A stretch of DNA of 60,389 nucleotides from Jiangellaceae bacterium (GTDB lineage Bacteria > Actinomycetota > Actinomycetes > Jiangellales > Jiangellaceae): positions 1 through 60,389 of the forward strand of contig DATHII010000038.1 in assembly GCA_035316885.1 (NCBI GenBank), in the 5' to 3' direction. The notes under the pieces are model-generated. The model saw only the letters and a list, made by a program, of their open reading frames with translations, was not told where the DNA came from and searched no databases. Of this stretch, positions 56,696 to 60,389 are shown piece by piece; the stretch's first letter is position 1; each line of letters starts with the position of its first letter. Made by a program: the position numbers and the translations under genes.

Positions 56696-57187
56696 ATGCC
56701 GTGCGTGGAGCCCATCGGACTTGTCCTGGTCGGCGCGGCCATCCTGCTCGGCCTGGTCGGCATCGTGCTGGTCTTCTTCCCCGGACTGCTGCTGATCTGG
56801 GGGGCCGTGGTGATCTGGGCGCTGGTCGAGCGCACCGCCCTGGCCTGGGGGGTCCTCGTCCTCGCCACTCTGCTGGCCGTCGCGGGGACGGTCGTCAAAT
56901 ACCTGCTCCCTGGGCGCCGCATGCGCGATGCGGGAGTCCCCAGAGGCAGCATCGTGGTCGGCGCGGTGCTGGGCATCGTGGGATTCTTCGTCATTCCCGT
57001 CGTCGGGCTGTTCGTCGGCTTCGTCGTCGGGATCTACCTGGCTGAGCGGGTCCGGCTGCCCGGCCACGCGGAGGCGTGGCCCGCCACTGTTCACGCCCTC
57101 AAGGCGGTCGGCCTGTCGATCCTCATCGAGTTGCTCGCCGGCCTGCTGATCGCAGGCGCCTGGCTGCTCGCCGCGATCGTCGGCTGA
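56696..57187 (+). CDS. DUF456 family membrane protein
   Basis: ORF 56696-57187. Four TM helices. The LLIWGAVVIWAL and KYLLPGRRMRDAG motifs are typical of DUF456. Confidence 0.83.
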   Translation: MPCVEPIGLVLVGAAILLGLVGIVLVFFPGLLLIWGAVVIWALVERTALAWGVLVLATLLAVAGTVVKYLLPGRRMRDAGVPRGSIVVGAVLGIVGFFVIPVVGLFVGFVVGIYLAERVRLPGHAEAWPATVHALKAVGLSILIELLAGLLIAGAWLLAAIVG

Positions 57188-57211
57188 CTGCACCGGCGGC
57201 TAGCGCCGTGA

Positions 57212-57976
57212 TCAGGATCGGTGGACGATCGTCGCCGATGCCTGTGCTCCCGCCAGGACGACCACCTCGGCCACCTGGACGTGCGGTGGGCGGCTGGCCA
57301 CCCACACAACCGTGTCGGCGATGTCCGCTCCGGTGAGCGGCTCCAGACCCTCGTAGACCATCTCTGCGCGGTCGGCATCGCCGCCGAAGCGGACCACGGA
57401 GAAGTCGGTCTCGACCAGGCCGGGCTGGATCACCGAGACCTTCACCCCGGAACCGACGACATCCATGCGCAGGCCGGTGGTGATCCGGTCGACAGCGGCC
57501 TTCGACGCGCAGTACACCGCCCCGTTGGGATAGGCCTCCCGGCCCGCGATCGAGCCGATATTGACGATATGGCCACGTCCGCGGGCGAGCATCCCGGGCA
57601 GCACGGCGTGGGTCACGTTGAGTAATCCCGTGACGTTGGTGTCGATCATCCGGTCCCAGTCGTCCGGGTCGCTGTCCTGCAGCGGCGCGAAGCCGGCGGC
57701 GAGCCCTGCGCTGTTGACCAGGACGTCGACCGCGGCCCAGTCCGCGGGCAGCCCGCCGATGACGGCGTCGACCGCTGACCGGTCGCGGACGTCGAGCTCG
57801 ACCGGGTGAGTCGGGACGGGTAGTACGGCCGCCAGATCCTCGAGCCGGTCACGCCTGCGCGCCGCGAGCACCAGCCGGGAACCCTCGGCCGCGAACGCTT
57901 CCGCGCAGGCACGGCCGATCCCGCTGGATGCGCCGGTGACCAGCACGCAGGCGTCGCGCAGACTCGTCGCGCCCAT
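57212..57976 (-). CDS. SDR family oxidoreductase
   Basis: ORF 57212-57976. Motifs: VLVTGASSGIGRA (TGxxxGxG), NSAG, YCASKAAV (YxxxK). Confidence 0.92.
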   Translation of the reverse strand: MGATSLRDACVLVTGASSGIGRACAEAFAAEGSRLVLAARRRDRLEDLAAVLPVPTHPVELDVRDRSAVDAVIGGLPADWAAVDVLVNSAGLAAGFAPLQDSDPDDWDRMIDTNVTGLLNVTHAVLPGMLARGRGHIVNIGSIAGREAYPNGAVYCASKAAVDRITTGLRMDVVGSGVKVSVIQPGLVETDFSVVRFGGDADRAEMVYEGLEPLTGADIADTVVWVASRPPHVQVAEVVVLAGAQASATIVHRS

Positions 57977-58196
57977 GTCAGTCGAGGCCGGCGGGCAGGA
58001 GGCACGAAGGAGCGATGTGCATGATCAGGCGCGCGCCTCCCGTAGACGGAATCGTTGTGCGTCCGATGACCCTACCGCCGCACCGGCTGCGAACCGGAGT
58101 CGCCGATCGAGATGACCGACAGTCTGCGCTGTCTTGACAAGAGAGTTTGTCGGTGGCACCGTAGCAGAAGCCCGACAACACACAGAGGAGATCATC

Positions 58197-58745
58197 ATGA
58201 GAAAGATCGTCGCAGGACTGTTCATCTCTCTCGACGGCGTCATCGAGGCTCCGGAGACCTGGCACTTCCCCTACCTCAACGACGAGATGATGCAGGTGGT
58301 CGGATCCCAGATGGCCGACGCGGACACCATGCTGCTCGGGCGAGTGACCTACCAGGACTTCGCCGGCTACTGGCCCCACCAGGGCAGCGACGTCGAGATG
58401 GCGGACTACATGAACAGCACTCCGAAGCTCGTCGCCTCGACCACGCTGGACACGGTGGACTGGCAGAACTCGACACTGATCAAGGGCGACGTTGCCGAGG
58501 AACTCGCCACGCTGAAGAAGCAGCCCGGCAAGAACATCGCGATCACCGGCAGCCCCACCCTCGTCCGGTCGTTGCTGCGGGACAACGTGCTCGACGAGCT
58601 GCAACTCCTGGTCCACCCGATCGTCGTGGGCCGCGGCAAGCGCCTATTCGAGGACGGGTCCGACCAGATGCCGCTGAACCTCGTGAAGTCCACGACGTTC
58701 AGCACCGGCGTCCTCTCCCTCACCTATGCGCCGACCCGCGCGTAG
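58197..58745 (+). CDS. Dihydrofolate reductase family protein (RibD C-terminal domain)
   Basis: Part of ORF 58134-58745. ATG at 58197 follows AGAGGAG. Motifs: MRKIVAGLFISLDGVIEAP, LLGRVTYQDFAGYWP, GSPTLVRSLL. GC is visibly lower than in the upstream genes. Confidence 0.88.
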   Translation: MRKIVAGLFISLDGVIEAPETWHFPYLNDEMMQVVGSQMADADTMLLGRVTYQDFAGYWPHQGSDVEMADYMNSTPKLVASTTLDTVDWQNSTLIKGDVAEELATLKKQPGKNIAITGSPTLVRSLLRDNVLDELQLLVHPIVVGRGKRLFEDGSDQMPLNLVKSTTFSTGVLSLTYAPTRA

Positions 58746-58780
58746 GTGCACATAGGTCCTGTTCGTCGGCCCGGTGGGGC

Positions 58781-58820
58781 GGCTCCGTTCCGGGCTTGCT
58801 GCAGGCACCGGAACGGAGCC
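58781..58820 (+). terminator. Hairpin, likely intrinsic terminator
   Basis: GGCTCCGTTCCGG (58781-58793) pairs with CCGGAACGGAGCC (58808-58820), a 13-bp perfect stem 36 nt after the stop at 58745. Confidence 0.5.
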
Positions 58821-58919
58821 TCGACGGGATTGGTACCGCCGTGCAGACCACCGTACTGCTGGCCGCGCCGCCGTGTCGGATGTTGCCGAGCTGCTCAAGG
58901 GCGTCGCATCACTGTATGG

Positions 58920-59539
58920 GTGGTGCTTGGCGTCGTTGCACTACTCGTCTTGAGGCGAGTCCTCGTTGGGCGAGGCGGATCCGCGGACCGCCTGCTCAAT
59001 CTTGCCCCTGCAAACTCCAAAGTGACTTCACCCGGGCCAACACCCAGCTTGCTAAACGCAGACGAGTCGATTCGCACCGCGATTGGCCAGGCGGCGAAGT
59101 GTTCGGTCGTTGACCGGTTGCAGCGAAACGCTGATCTCATTGCCAGTGCCCGGATTCTCTGGGTTGATGATCACCCTGAGAACAACACTCCAATCGTCGA
59201 GCTGCTCCGCCTGTACGGGGCGGCGGTGGAGACCCCGCGGTCGAATCATGAGGCGCTGGCTCTGCTCAAGGTGCCCGATATGACGTCATCATCAGCGACG
59301 TAGCCAGGACCAAGAGGGGTCGGCAGTGACCTAAAGGGAGTCGAGCTGGCAGAACAGGTGTATCGCGGGCGGGGCCAGTCCGTCGTTCTCTTCCTGCGAG
59401 ATTCGACCCAGCGAGGGTGCCGGGCAAGAGTATCGAAGAGAGGCTTGACCTCGTGATTCCGCTCGACCGGGCAGTGTTTGGGCGAACCAACCGCATGGAC
59501 GAGGCGCTTCATCTGATCATGGACATGCTTGAGCGGTGA
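58920..59539 (+). pseudogene. Receiver (REC)-like domain protein remnant with N-terminal TM helix (at least 3 frameshifts, internal stops)
   Basis: ORF 58746-59303 gives VVLGVVALLVL...ARILWVDDHPENNTPIVELLRLYGAAVETPRSNHEALALLKVP. The continuation is YDVIISDVARTKRG (frame of 59279), then GSDLKGVELAEQVYRGRGQSVVLFL (frame of 59322), then AVFGRTNRMDEALHLIMDMLER, ending with TGA at 59537-59539. Together they resemble one orphan receiver-like domain broken across frames. Confidence 0.45.
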
Positions 59540-59637
59540 GGCCTTGGAGCACTACCTCATTGCCGCCACCAAACCCAATCGGATACCTGATTCGCTCGCG
59601 ACGCGGCAGATGGGGACGTTCGCCTCTGCGTACTGGG

Positions 59638-60012
59638 TCAGCTCCGGGCTTCTTCGACGGATCGGGAAAGCAGACAGAACTCATTGCCTTCGGGATCGCA
59701 GAGGACCACCCACGTGGCGTCGGCCCCCTGGCCTACGTCCGTGCGCCGCGCGCCCAGGCTAAGGAGCCGCTCGAGCTCATCGGCTGTGGCTATGCCGTCG
59801 GCGCGAAGGTCGAAATGCAGTCGGTTCTTGACCGTCTTTTTCTCGGGCACTGCCAGCACGTCGATCGTTGGCCACGATCCATCTGGCGGCGCGATGCTGA
59901 TGACGATGCCGTCCTCTTCGACGACCTGCCAGCCGAGGACGCCGCACCAGAAGTCGGCGACCACACGTGGCTGCACAGCGTCGATCGAAATGACCGCTAT
60001 TCGACTGGGCAT
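59638..60012 (-). CDS. VOC (glyoxalase-like) family protein
   Basis: ORF 59638-60012. Motifs: VVADFWCGVLGWQVVEE, NRLHFDL, DPEGNEFCLL. Confidence 0.85.
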   Translation of the reverse strand: MPSRIAVISIDAVQPRVVADFWCGVLGWQVVEEDGIVISIAPPDGSWPTIDVLAVPEKKTVKNRLHFDLRADGIATADELERLLSLGARRTDVGQGADATWVVLCDPEGNEFCLLSRSVEEARS

Positions 60013-60389
60013 GCCAATTATCTTAGAGCGCGTCGGGTGATGACCGTCGATAGACGGCTCCAGCGGCGCCGCGTGGTCGGCAACGGTGAACCACCGGCAA
60101 AATTATCGGCCCGACGCGCGTCATGCAGCGCGTCTCTCAGCCACACTGACCCCGAGCACACATCCGGATCTCGGCATGACCGTGAAGCTCGGACGGTCCG
60201 ACCAACAGCGACGTCGCGTCAGGGTCAGGACGCCGCGAGGGCCTGCTGGTGGCCATCGCGCCAGTTCGAAAGCAACATCAGGTGTCACCAAAGCGGCCCT
60301 GCGGAGGGCACCGACGTCGTTTTGAGGATGGCGCGGCCGCGCTCCAGCCGACCTGCGGGCGTATGGCCCTGTCCGCACCACCCCAGTAT

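Noticed and set aside
60086-60381. ORFs 60086-60325 (+) and 60121-60381 (-) at the window edge
   Set aside because: They overlap each other on opposite strands. Both are Arg/Ser/Pro-rich without motifs, and a third frame is open to the window end. There is not enough evidence to call any of them.

Overview
High-GC (about 72-75% in hand-counted lines) actinobacterial chromosomal segment, densely coding, mostly conserved housekeeping backbone. Recognisable genes: heme genes (hemY fragment, hemE, ferrochelatase), rnd-like exonuclease, dxs, aconitase, fadA/fadB, trkA pair plus APC permease, dut with its DUF3710/OB-fold/DUF3159 operon, DUF3093, DUF4193, an ABC-2 exporter, IMPase, sepH, an ECF sigma factor, a PatA-type GNAT/acyl-CoA synthetase operon and topoisomerase IV parC/parE. 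I saw no rRNA, tRNA, CRISPR array, transposase or integrase. Many long ORFs in the six-frame track are antisense or out-of-frame shadows typical of high-GC DNA. The best candidate for something undescribed is at about 5.4-11.9 kb. It is a lineage-specific island with a GT2 fused to a flippase-like TM domain, a GT-C-like membrane protein, an SDR epimerase, an FAD oxidoreductase, a 52-aa Ser/Gly-repeat mini-lipoprotein and a FhuF-type 2Fe-2S protein. Its two divergent promoter gaps carry three DtxR/IdeR-like iron boxes. Other accessory signals are a vapBC module beside a multiply frameshifted acyltransferase remnant, a decayed multicopper oxidase splitting hemE from hemY, and a lower-GC tail (about 58.7-60.4 kb) with a decayed receiver-like gene. 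All calls rest on reading translations and motifs by eye. No database searches were run, and start codons are best guesses.
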